In this document: positions 41,863 to 54,699 of the stretch, one piece after another
Layout: every line of letters starts with the position of its first letter
Numbering within the stretch: position 1 is the stretch's first letter
Assembly: GCF_009914755.1 (NCBI RefSeq)
Contig: NC_060944.1
DNA length: 64,000 nucleotides
Strand: one strand, 5' to 3'
From: the human T2T-CHM13v2.0 reference genome, Homo sapiens
Notes under the pieces: model-generated
The model's input: the letters and a program-made list of their open reading frames with translations, nothing else
What the model was told of the DNA's origin: nothing
Databases searched by the model: none
Position numbers and translations under genes: made by a program

Positions 41863-43329
41863 TCAGTCACAGAGTCAGTGGTTTCTTGGTTTAATTTCTG
41901 ATTCTGACCCCCATGGCTATATTCCCTGGCCTTGCCAGGTACCCAACCAGATCTGTATTATCTCATGACCCAAACAAGCTTCCCGCTGACCTTTGCACGT
42001 TTCCAGTCTTACCACTCCTCAGGCTTCCCAGACCTTCTGCCGTTGGTGGTTCTGATCTGTGCATCACTCTGGGAAGAGGGAGAGCTTTGGGGGCAAAGCA
42101 TGCCAGGTAGAATCTGTCCAGGGAAGGGGTGAGTTGAGGGACGGTGTGGACAGCAGGTACTCCAGGGTCTTTCCCAAACCCGTATCTTGCCTATCAATCA
42201 AAAATGAAGCTTTGTGTGTCTTGCATTTCAAAGGCATGCTTTAGCCACAGAGAACTTTCTGGAGGTTCCTCCTTGCACTGTGGAAACATTATTTAGCACA
42301 GCATCTTAAATGAGGTAGGCGGTATGGGAATATTTGTTAAGTGTTTGAGACCATCAGAAGCTGACCACCAAGGAGGTTCTGGGAATTTAACTCCATTGAT
42401 AGGGATGGTGCAGTGAGCCACGTGGGTACCACTGCTGTCCCTCGGTGGATGGAGGACACCTATAGCTCCTGAGCAGACAGCAAAATGAGCTCCAAGGAGC
42501 CACCCCAGGCCAGCAGCCAGCCTCCAGAGTTGTCTGATTCTTCATGGCCCTTTTTCAGACTGGCGAAGGCTGGGAGCCCAGGGCATCATTAGTATCCTTC
42601 CATCACTTCCTCATTAGTTCTTAGATAGTGTTTTAATGACAGCTTGAGAGGCTCCGCATCCTGGCCTCCTTCTATTTATGATCCCCACCGTGTTAATGTG
42701 CACTTAATGAGAAATTCTTGTCTTGCTTGTAAATCCTGTAGCCGGCATTCAATTTATTGACAGATGTTTGCTTGGATCTCTTTAAAATTACTTCATAAAT
42801 CTTCCCAGATAAAAGGCCTCAAGTTTGGTTATTAAGACAAGGCCTTGTTGACAGTTTCATATTTAACTGTTTAGAACTCAGCTGTCAGGGCTGTAATGGG
42901 GTGTATGGCCAAGGGGCACAGGGCCTGGGTGCTGTTTGCCACCTTTCCTGCACCTATCCGGGCCCTCCCTGGTGGAGTGTGTCTACTGTTTCCTGCAATC
43001 CCCTCAGTTAACTTCTGGGTGACCTCGCTGTGCCTTGCACTTATTCATTTAGCATATCAGCTTGTCAGTGTGATGAAGTGTTCCTGCTGATAGGCGCTAA
43101 GGGCTGAGTAAGCCACAGTGCCTCCATCACCGGGGAGAAGTGTTGATGGGAGCCCAACGCTGAGGTCGCCCTTCCCACAACAGCCACCAGGCACCAGCTG
43201 GAAACCTGTGGGCTTCACCTCCATCTGTGGGCAGGAAGCAAGTGGATGTCAGGGACGGTGGTGGGGGGCTCTGCTTGGAAGTTTTAAGACCACACTCATC
43301 TTTTGTGGCCATGGACTTTTCAATACCAT

Positions 43330-43850
43330 CCTAAGTCAAGATTTTTTGTTGTTTGTTGTTGTTTTTGTTGTTGCCCATGACAGAAAACTCACCTCAAAAT
43401 GACTTAAGGAAAGAGATAAAGGAGAAGAAAGATAGTTAACTGGCTCATGTGATTGAAGAGTACAGGGGAAACGACCTTCAGGCCAGGTGCAAGGGTTAAG
43501 GTAATTTTGTTTCACTCTCTTCCTAGGGTCCTCCTTCCTCTGTATTAGCTACACTCTCAGATCCTGTCCTGCCCCCAGCAGCTCCACAGGGCTTCCGGTT
43601 CAGACCGGAAGAACAGGAGAACAGAAGGCCACGTGCTTCTCTTCCAAATGCCCAGGAGGAAAAAGGCTAATTAAGTCTCATTGGTCCCACCAGGTCACAT
43701 GTACAGGCTTTAGCCAATCACTGTGGTCAGAGGTAGGCTATGTTTTGATTGGTTAGGTCTGAGTCACGTGATGAGTTCCAATACAAGCACAGGAAGGAAG
43801 ATAAGGCCAGAGGATGTTCTCTAGAGAAAAAGTGGGGCTATGTTACCTGA
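43330..43850 (-). mobile_element. Old MLT1 (K/J-like) LTR
   Basis: ttgttgcccatgacagaaaactcacctcaaaatgacttaag...tggctcatgtgattgaa...cattggtc...ggtcacatg...ccaatcactgtgg. Confidence 0.75.
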
Positions 43851-44683
43851 ACCAGTCAGCACACATGTTCAGATATTCTGATCAAGTTCAGAACAACAGC
43901 CTGCTTTGTCTAATGCTTGCATTTCATTTTGAAAAGTTGTTATACATTGGCAGCCTCTGAGCTGAACTACTGAGGGTGTGGCCTACTCATTTGCAGAGTG
44001 CATTCAAAAGATTAAAATTCCAGAAAACCCTGGAGAGGCCAGGCCATTGAGAGGTCCTCTAAACCCACCCACAAGCCGGTAACAGTATTAAGATGAAAAA
44101 AAAAAAAAATGCTCTGCTTAATACTATCACAAATCAGCCCATTGCATGTAAGACGATAATGAGCACTTGGGCCAAAAATAGCGTGTTTTTTGCTTACTTG
44201 CTGGTGTCCTGTCACATTGCATTGCTTGAACTGTGTCAGATCGCATTGAGTAACTTTGCTTAATCCGGCGCTGACGTGACCCGCTGCTTTGCAACACTTA
44301 AGACAAGTGTGTAGGAGCTTTTCTCCTCAGTCCATTTTGTGTGTGTGTGAGTGCAGTTTACCAGATGAGGCATATGTAAATACTATTCGAATTGAAAACA
44401 CATCTATTTAAGCTAGAATTTATTAAGGGGCCTGTAGGAGTGAAGGCACAAGAAACATTTACTCACAGACCCCGACAGGCTTCTACAGAAGACTCACTCC
44501 TTTGCCCCAGAAAATACCACGTTTACTAAATTCTGATATTCACAGTTTCCTATGTGGAAACTTCTGAAAAGTTTAGGGCACACTATGGCTGACAGCCGGA
44601 AGGTAAACTTGGCTATGATTTTCTGTTGGGCCAACTCCCCATGCCCCTGAGAAACACATTCTTCACAAAAAATAATTGTAATA

Positions 44684-45767
<1,084 letters not shown>

Positions 45768-45774
45768 GTAGTAA

Positions 45775-46020
45775 TAACAGCAAACGCTTATACAATGTTT
45801 GCTATCTGCCAGTTATGGTTTAATCACTGTATATGTTTTAACTCCATGAATCCCTACAACAGCCCTATATTATTAGGTATTATTATTATTCCACTGAGAA
45901 AACTGGGGCACAGAGATGGTAAATAACTTGTCTAACAACCCATAATATTCATGGAGTTGAGATTTGAACCCACACAGTCTGACTCCGGAGCTGTGCTCCA
46001 AATACTATATATACTATGTT
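45775..46020 (-). mobile_element. MIR
   Basis: gaaaactggggcacagagatggtaaataacttg...gatttgaaccc...tctgactcc. Confidence 0.85.
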
Positions 46021-46724
46021 CCTCGTACTATGAGGTTATATGGGTAAACACACTGACTCAAGATTCATGCCACTAAATAGTATTACATGTATTAAAATGT
46101 ATGAAAGATGAATTAAATATATATATAATAATATATAAAATACAATGCAGATATATATGTAGCCTAAGTATTTTTTAAAACTTTCTCTTCAAAGAATTGA
46201 GTCCAGATATAATAATTCACACCAACAATGTTTATTAAAAGAAGATGAGAGAGGAAACAACGGCAAAATTAAATTTTGTTAAAACAATAAAATGAAGCAG
46301 GGAGAAATGTAATTCCACAAGAATGTATTCAACTAAAATTGGAGTGAAAATTTGGGCCTGAGGATCCTGAAAGATACAGCACAAGAAAAACAGGTGAAGA
46401 GTTATAATGTTCGCCTCATCCCAAGGTTCAAAGCCCATGCCTGTCTCTCAAGACAAGTCCAAGAGAAATTTCTCCCATGGTTCCTCTGATCAGGACATGG
46501 TGGGTGGTGAGGAACATCACTTTCTTTTGAAGAAAGAGAGTTGGAGGAGGACCAGGGCCTGATAGAAATCCCATGCATTGGTGTCAAAATGGCAGACCCA
46601 CTCTCTTTTCCTGCACAAGATAATAGGGCCTCTGTTTTTCTTTCCTTATCTGTACAAATGTGCTGTCTTCATTTGTGTTCCCCGAGAATGACACCTTGTA
46701 TCAAGAATTTGAGTACACATTCTT

Positions 46725-47120
46725 TCTTTGGTTGTTGATCCTGGGAAACCCTAATAGCAGAGTGGGGCCATAAGACAGGAAGGGAAGGATGTTAATGAAG
46801 GGTGAGTTATCCAGCCTGACAGCCCAGTGGGCAGCAGGAGCTTCCTTGTGCTGGGGAATTCTAGAAGAGAGTGTAGAACACACACCTCAGAGTTATCCCA
46901 ATGAGGGCTAAGGATGCTGGGGTAGTTTTTAACCAAATCTTCATCTGTCATTGCTTGGAAGCTTCTAGGGGCATTATTCTCCAGCATTTCCAGCTTGCCC
47001 TGTATGGGAACAGCCAGACAATTGCCCTTAACCAGAGAAGCACAGGTAATCCCAGAAGAATGCTTGGGAGGGAGAGGTACATGCCTAGGAAATACGCACA
47101 AGGCACAGAAGAACTCTAGC
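46725..47120 (-). mobile_element. LTR33-like ERVL LTR
   Basis: agacaggaagggaagg...gggaattctagaagagagtgtagaacacacacctcagagttatccca. Confidence 0.6.
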
Positions 47121-48965
47121 ATGGATAATTGTGGCCCTTGCCTCCTAGCACAGTTGTAATGACTGAATGGTAATAAATAGAAAGCACTTGGACTGCTGTC
47201 TGATTTGAGAAAAAACTTAAGAGTTGGGGAAAATCATGTTGGCTCACAATACTAAAACGTCTAGGAGAAAACCTTGAAGCTTCAGGAAAGGGTGGATCCA
47301 GGCACTCAAATATATTGGTCTAGGCAAGAGCATGGTGGGAGGGAAATAGCCTGTGCTGAGGGGTGCAGAGCTTGTGGAATACAGATGAATTTTAGAGTTT
47401 GATTTAGTAAAGACCATGTTGTCTTTGTGGTCCATTTCATATCTAGTATATTAAGCAGATTCATTGTCAGATACTCAAAGTGAACTCAAATCATCAGTGA
47501 ATGCAGTTGTGGGGCAGGGGGCGGATGAGTCAACACAATTTGGCATCATGTAGCTAAAACCACCAGTGGTGTGATGGATGGTTTCATTTCTTCTTGGACT
47601 GTTTTGGCATTGTGTAGACGGAGCCTAAATTGGTGCCTGCACCTCACACTAATCATGCCCAGAGAGAGATAACATGGAGCTATTGAGATCCCCAAGCAGC
47701 ACTTTGGCACACACACTATCTGACAATATCAAGAGATGAAGGAGGCCTTTGAAATGAGCTTTCGCGCGTGAGTAATGACCTTCAGGATGTGGCTCAGGAT
47801 TGTCTTTTGAAACTGGTATATCTTGATGGATGATTGAAAAGCTGCTGTCTTTGGTATAGTTTTCGTGGTTTTATATTTGAGGATGTGTAATAAATAAATG
47901 TGTAATTGCCCTCAACATGATGCAAGACCAGGAGGTGAAGATGACACAGAAAAGTCCTATAACAGCATAAAATTTTATTAGGCTCCCCATTGGTAGGCAA
48001 GTCAGTGTTGTGTGAACAAAGAATAGTCTGTCTTAAGGTGACCAAGATAGAAACCAATACAGTGAGGAACAAATTCCACCAGCTGATTTGCAGGGAGGTA
48101 GAGGAGCGAGGCGGGCGTGAAGGATAGGTACTCTCATTTTTAAGATCTTTATGAAAGTAGTTTCAGGACCCGTATTAATAACTGCAACAACCACCTGAAC
48201 CATTGACCTTATAATTCTGAAGATTAACCAGTTAGTATTTATAAAGCATTTGATGTTATTTTTTCAGTTGATGGGAATAGCTACATTTCAGTGGCCTGTA
48301 ATTCTTAATTCATTGATGTCTTCTTCTTCCATTTTGATGCTAAGGTTGATTTTGTGCCCAATGTATTAATTACATGCTTTTTGTTTTTTATTCTTTGTGA
48401 TCTCAACTCAGCTTATTACATATTTTTTGTTTCCTCATGTGACTCTCATTATTGGCTTTATACATGGATAAATCTATCTGTCTCTTCTAAATTAACTCTG
48501 ATCTCTTTTAGTGACAATTGATGGGTGACAACCTTAGATATTATACATGGTGCCTGGAAACTGGGCTCAGCTTTCTTTTCATCCCCTTTTCTTTCAGTAG
48601 GTCAAAGAATGTCTTTAATATCTCTGTATAAACTCCATTTTGAAGATTTGTATGTTAACAGTTTTGTGCTATCATCTACAAAAAAGGCATAGACACAAAA
48701 GTTTAATTGTAGTCCTACCTTCTTCAATCCAGTCTAGAAACTTAAATGTTCACAAAGATTTAATAATATTGTTTAATGAATACTAATTCAATATTTTTCA
48801 AAGCTTTAATAATGTCATGTCATAATATCATTAGAAAAGAAATTTTTGATTGTTGGTTGCCATATCACTGTGGTATTAATGTGATTTGTGTGAGACTAAG
48901 ATTTCTTTTTGTTTGTTTTAAACCAATATTCAGTTCCATCATATCTATGCATAAGACATGCATAA

Positions 48966-49285
<320 letters not shown>

Positions 49286-49508
49286 AGTGGGTCTATGTCT
49301 TATAACAAGATTTGTGTTGTTGTTACACAGCTTAAAATAGAGGCATTTGCACAAACCTGATAAATACAAATGTGTCTTTTGGAAAGTCTCTAAATTCCTA
49401 CAGCTAATATTTTCTATATCGTACTATTTAGTGTTTAATTATCTACGAACTTCAATTGATCACATGAATGTTATTTCTCTTTGGGGATTTGATCTCAAAT
49501 GTCTAGAA

Positions 49509-49722
49509 CAGTGGTTCTCAACTGGGGCAACTTCATTTCTCAGGGCACATTCTGCATTGTCTGGGACACTTTTTATTGAAACAACTAGGGTGGGGAAGCT
49601 GTTAGCATCTAGCGTGTAGAGGCGAGAGTTGCTGCTAAGCTTCCCACAGTGCACAGGACACCGCCCACCACACAGAGTGATCCAGCTTCGAACCTCAATA
49701 GTGTTGAAGATGAGAAATCCTG
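49509..49722. mobile_element. MER20
   Basis: cagtggttctcaactgggg...gcatctagcgtgtagaggc...tgctgctaa...tgcacaggaca...gagaaatcctg. Confidence 0.9.
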
Positions 49723-51284
49723 CATAGGAAGAATTTTGCTTTCTATTTCTTAATTTCTTGTTCTGGATATAGTACAGGCCTGACACCCTGTAGATGCTCA
49801 TATTCAATTTGAGAATGTGGCTGAGTTTGCCTATTAAATCAGGACCCCAAGTGGATCTAAGTGCAGTGGTTTTGATTGAAAGAAAAAAAAAGTTTTTGCA
49901 TTCAATATGTATGGATCATGGGGTGGGGGTTGATACAAAATAGAAAAAATATATAGATAAAGAAAATGAAGACATCTCCCAATCTTTTCTGAGATTGCCA
50001 TCAACATAAAAGGCAGGTTATTAATCTTCAGGGTACAGTCTTTGTATGGAGGGAATCCCTTGGGGGTTATTGGAAATTTTATTGCTTTTCATTGGACTCA
50101 GTGTAAAATGGGGTAATTTAGGCTTAACAAACAAAGCTCGGGTTGACTCACTTTTTTTCAGAGGCTCCAGAAAGAGAATTCTCACAGAGCAGGAATCAAC
50201 CTTTTCCTCCATAAATCACAGGAGGAGGTGAGAATTTGGCTAATATCCAGAGCACTGCAAAGAAATAAACAATGCAAAGCAATCTGTGGCTTACTTGATG
50301 CCAGTTTCTCCGTAGATAAATATTTCTGTGTTTTGATCTTATACATTCTTCCCCCTCAAGCTGAAACTTTTTCTGTCTCTCTTCCAGTCTGTCTGTTAGG
50401 CGAGGCCTTGGGAGCAGGATCCTGACAATGTACTGGTCAGCTCTTTTAGGGTTTTTTTTTTTTTTTTAAAGTTGATTTCCTCTGCTGGTGAGCCATACAT
50501 CACTGACATCCCTGTCTGTGCTGCTTGTCTGTGACAGAATGACAGGTGTCATTTGTCACTGGGGCTTGCGGAAGCTGTGGGAAGAGGGATTGAAATTTTT
50601 TTTCTGGAAGGGCTCAGTGTCTGCCAGATCATTAAAAAGGGGGCTTTCCAAAGAAAGCTGTGTGTAATGTGATTGCACTTACTGTCAACGATAGGCTAAA
50701 AGAAAGAGAGAACATCAAAAGGGAGTGAGAGAAAGAGGGGGAGGAAAGAGAGGAGGAGTTTCTGCCAGGGGCATTTAAAGTTCTTGAGCTGCCAATGCAA
50801 GGATCTGCTTTAGTTCAGTTCTAGTGTGTGCATGCTAAATAAGTCCTTCAGAGATTTCCGCTCAGCTCATGGTGCCAATGAGGAGACCGTAACAGGAAAC
50901 CTCTTTAATAGCACTTCTTCTCATCACATATTATGTAGGGCATGGAGACAGACTTGGTACTATACAGGGCATGACTTGCAGTCCAATCATTGAAGAGCTG
51001 AGGCAGGAAAACCTATTTGAACAAAAGCAGAGGGTCCCAATAAATCACGAGGCAAAACTGAGACCTGCTGGCAGGCTCCTTCTCCAAAGAGACATTTACA
51101 GCATCCTGTTTGCATAAGCACGCTCGGAAAATGCCCAAGAATATCTCCTTGCAGCTTCTCTCCTCTTGGCATGAAGTCCGTCACCAAATGGATCTCCAGG
51201 GATCAGGGAATAGAGTCTGCTTATCATTTCATTGCAAAGGGGAAGTGTTCCTTATTCTACTCCCTGTGCCATTAAAGTAATAAA

Positions 51285-51520
51285 AAGAAGTTAACACTTT
51301 CATAGTTCTGCCTATGTGCCGGACACTGCGGTAAATGTTTTACTTATACACCTCACTGTAATCTTCATAGCAATCCTATGAGATCGCTATTTCTGTTTTG
51401 GGGATGGTGTCATTGAAGCACAGAGAGGTTAAGTAACTTATCCAAGGTTGCACACTTCTTGGCAAAGCTGGGATTCAAATCTGGATAGTTGGGGTCTGGA
51501 GTCTATGCTTTTAGCCTCTT
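51285..51520 (-). mobile_element. MIR
   Basis: ttgaagcacagagaggttaagtaacttatccaagg...gggattcaaatc. Confidence 0.85.
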
Positions 51521-51634
51521 ATTGGGAGGGTGAATGATGAACACAGTGGGGAGGCCAGATGATTTTGATAACTTCCAGATTGCAAATCTAACCATGCTGA
51601 TTTAGGAAATTAACAATTTAGTGATGATGCAAAC

Positions 51635-51860
51635 CAGGGATCTGCAAACTACAGCCAGTGAGTCAAATCCCACCTGAAACCTGTTTTTATATAGCTGGCA
51701 AACTAGAAAGAATTTTCACATAAATGGTTGAAAAATTTTGTAAAAATCTGTTTTCTCTTTTGTTACATAAGTACCTGCACATATCCTCAATTTAGTCTCT
51801 TGTCTTGCAAAGCCTAAAATATTTACTAGCTGGTCCTTCACAGGGAGTGTTGGTGGCTTC
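51635..51860. mobile_element. MER58-family MITE
   Basis: cagggatctgcaaactacagcc...gcaaagcctaaaatatttactagctggtcc. Confidence 0.75.
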
Positions 51861-51917
51861 TAATCTAAGGTAAAATCAACTACAGGAAAATAAAATAAAA
51901 TAAAATAAAAGTTTTTT

Positions 51918-52060
51918 AAAAAAAAGAAGGAAAGAAAGAGAAAGAAGAAAGGAAAAAGGAAGGAAGGAGGAGAGGAAGGAAGGAAAGGAGGAAAAGAAAA
52001 AGAAGGAGGGAAGAAAGGAAGGAAGGAGAAGATCTTAAAAAGAGAAGAAAAGGAAGGGAC
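51918..52060 (+). repeat. GA-rich polypurine tract
   Basis: (gaag)n/(gaaa)n mixture, preceded by (aaaat)n. Confidence 0.92.
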
Positions 52061-52674
52061 TTCATTTAAAAGCAAATAAGAAAACTAAGATCCTCACCAG
52101 TGGAGCTCTGAGGCCAACAGAAACACTGAAATTGGGCTGGCTTAGGTATACTTACGTGGGAAGGCCATCCTTTCAAAATAAGTTTTCCTTGACTGCCTTT
52201 CCACAAAGCCTGCTGCTTGGAGAGACAAATTAGCTATTAGGTAATCTAGTTAATTGACAAGTGACTTAACTAATTACCCTAACATGCTTATTAAATGTTA
52301 CCTTTCCCATTCTCAACACATTGTTAGAGCATCAATGTATTTAAGGCCTTATCATATCACGCTCTCTTGACAGCACATTCCTGTTAAAACAGAAGGTGCA
52401 TGCAGTATGTTTTTTCTATCACTATTTTTCTCCCTCTGTGGTTAGAGTCATAAGAGATAGAATTGGGAGCTGGGTACATAACAAGCCCATCCCTATTAAG
52501 GAACAATGTCCTATTATACTGGTGCCTATTCGCTGAGATGGATCAAGAATGGACTAAGTAAAGAAATAATGCATAATATCAAGCCTCGGCTAATGGGTGT
52601 AGCTAAAGCTTAGAGAAAACTTACTTTGACTCTGGACTAGTCTTTCCTAGCTGGGAGGGCTAGTGTCTATATTT

Positions 52675-53003
52675 ATACAAATCTACAAATTCCTCAACCA
52701 AAATTCTTTGAGGCAGATGTGTTTTACAGTTCAGAGTTTTCCAGATCTTAGAAAGAGAATATGGTACATATACCATGTAGTAGATAATATCTTCAGGAAG
52801 GAAGGTGAGGAATAGCATCTTGTATGTAAAAATATAAATATTTCTGCAATGAAGCATTAGGATTACTAAATGAGATTTTTTTAAGCTTTAAAAAGTTCAA
52901 TAGATTTTTCTGCTACATGAATCACAGAAAATAAGTTTAAAAAAACTTTTGGTATTCAGAGCTTTTAGGATTTTGGGAATCAAAGATAAGGGATTGTGAA
53001 CTA
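52675..53003. mobile_element. Tigger-like MITE relic
   Basis: Long degenerate inverted ends (acaaattcctcaaccaaaattct ... ggattttgggaatcaaagataagggattgt). Confidence 0.45.
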
Positions 53004-53596
53004 GGGTAAATGTTACTATCACCTCATGGCCTTTCTAATAACTACAGCCTTCAAGTTATTTTTAAATTTTATATTGGTCATAATTGATACATATGGATAC
53101 CATTGGTGATTATTCTTTAGCATAATGTGAGATGAAGCATGATATATATCAAGATACATACAAAATAATATGTATGAATATATTTCATTATAATTAATGC
53201 CTTTATAAAATACTAAGCAATACAAGACGGTTGGAAGTAAATACAAAGATTCTCTTCTGTTTAGAACTGAACTCGAGGGCAAGGTTGCTGTAAAATGGGA
53301 AGCATCATCTGGTCCAAGGTTGACAAACTCTGATTTCTGCCAGAGCCACGCAGGTACCATGTACTAAAATCCTAAGATATACATTTTTCACATTACAACA
53401 TCCCTGAAGTTAGGATGCATCCTCCATTCTTCATTGTACAATAGTTTGATTGGCAACATTTTTTTTTCACTTTCTTGACTGTGAAAGTAAAAAAGCATTA
53501 AGGAGCTTAGATCCAATCCACTGCAGTCTCAGAGGTGAGCCAGGGAACTCAGGTGACTTAGGAGCTTACACAGTTTCTACACAGGGCTCACTGGGG

Positions 53597-53758
53597 CTAA
53601 CCCAAATTCTGACCCTGACCCTCACCCTAACTTTAACCCTGACCTTCACCCTAATCTTGACCCTAACCCTGACTCTCAGCCTAACCCTGACCTTTATCCT
53701 GACCCTGAGCTTGACCCTTATTCTAACCCTGACCCTAATCCTGACCCTGATTCTGAAT
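53597..53758. repeat. Degenerate telomere-like hexamer array (CTGACC/CTAACC)x27
   Basis: Splits into 27 consecutive hexamers with no indel: 7 ctgacc, 4 ctaacc, 2 ttgacc, plus variants. Confidence 0.92.
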
Positions 53759-54699
53759 GGCTGAATGGCTGTTGCTCTACTGGTTGTTGCCACACAGAAA
53801 CACAGACCAGGGGTGGCCAATCAGATCTTTTGAGAGAAGCTAGAAATTCAGCCATGCAGTCTCACAAGATTTAACTGTTGTCATTTATTAACCCTATGTA
53901 GGACAACCAAGACAGGTCAGGTATCTAGATTGGATCTGGCCCTCCAACACCTAGAAAGATTTAATGAGTTGATTGACCAATATCACTCTGCTGAAATATG
54001 AAATTATGTCTGACACCTATGGTTTTATTTTTTGTCTGATTGGAATGACAGGTGAAATGATAAAAGCATAAGCCCAGAAACTCAGGGAACTACAGCAGAG
54101 AGGGAGAGATATTCAAGTAAACATAATTACATTTATAACATGGTGTGATGCTACCAGGGGCTTTGAGGACCCAGAGAAGAATTGCCTACCCCAGTCCTGT
54201 GCAGGCAGGAAAGAACACTCAGAGAAAGTGTTCAAAGCTGACAGAGGAATGAGTAGAGGGTGGTGTGGGAGAGAGGTTGATAGGGATATTCCAGGGAAAG
54301 GGAGCAGCATGTGCCCAGGTCCAGAATCCATCATGCCTCAGAATGCCTTTTCAAAAATGAAATCACCCATAACACAATCAGGACATCCTATGCAGCCGCA
54401 TGGAACCAAAATCAGCTGACCTATTAGGAAGTTGATAAGAGAGAAAAGAATATCTGCTGTGACCATAGCCCCTGACACATCCTATAGCTCTGTAGCGAGG
54501 CAAGCATAAATGTCCCCAGCCTGGGATTCTATCAGAGCTCAAAGAGCAGGACTGTTCCTGCAGTGTGGCCAAAGCAGGCAGTGGCCTAGAGAGTGCTAGG
54601 CAAGAGGTCCCTGTCACCAGGTATTACTTCAAAAGTTGCATGTGCCACCCTGTCCCTCTCCTGCTTGGTCAAGGCTGTAGATGACCACATCAAATTGTA

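Noticed and set aside
53597-53758. CRISPR-like array or chromosome-fusion telomere
   Set aside because: There is no repeat-spacer structure, it has a single orientation with no head-to-head junction, and there is no subtelomeric flank.
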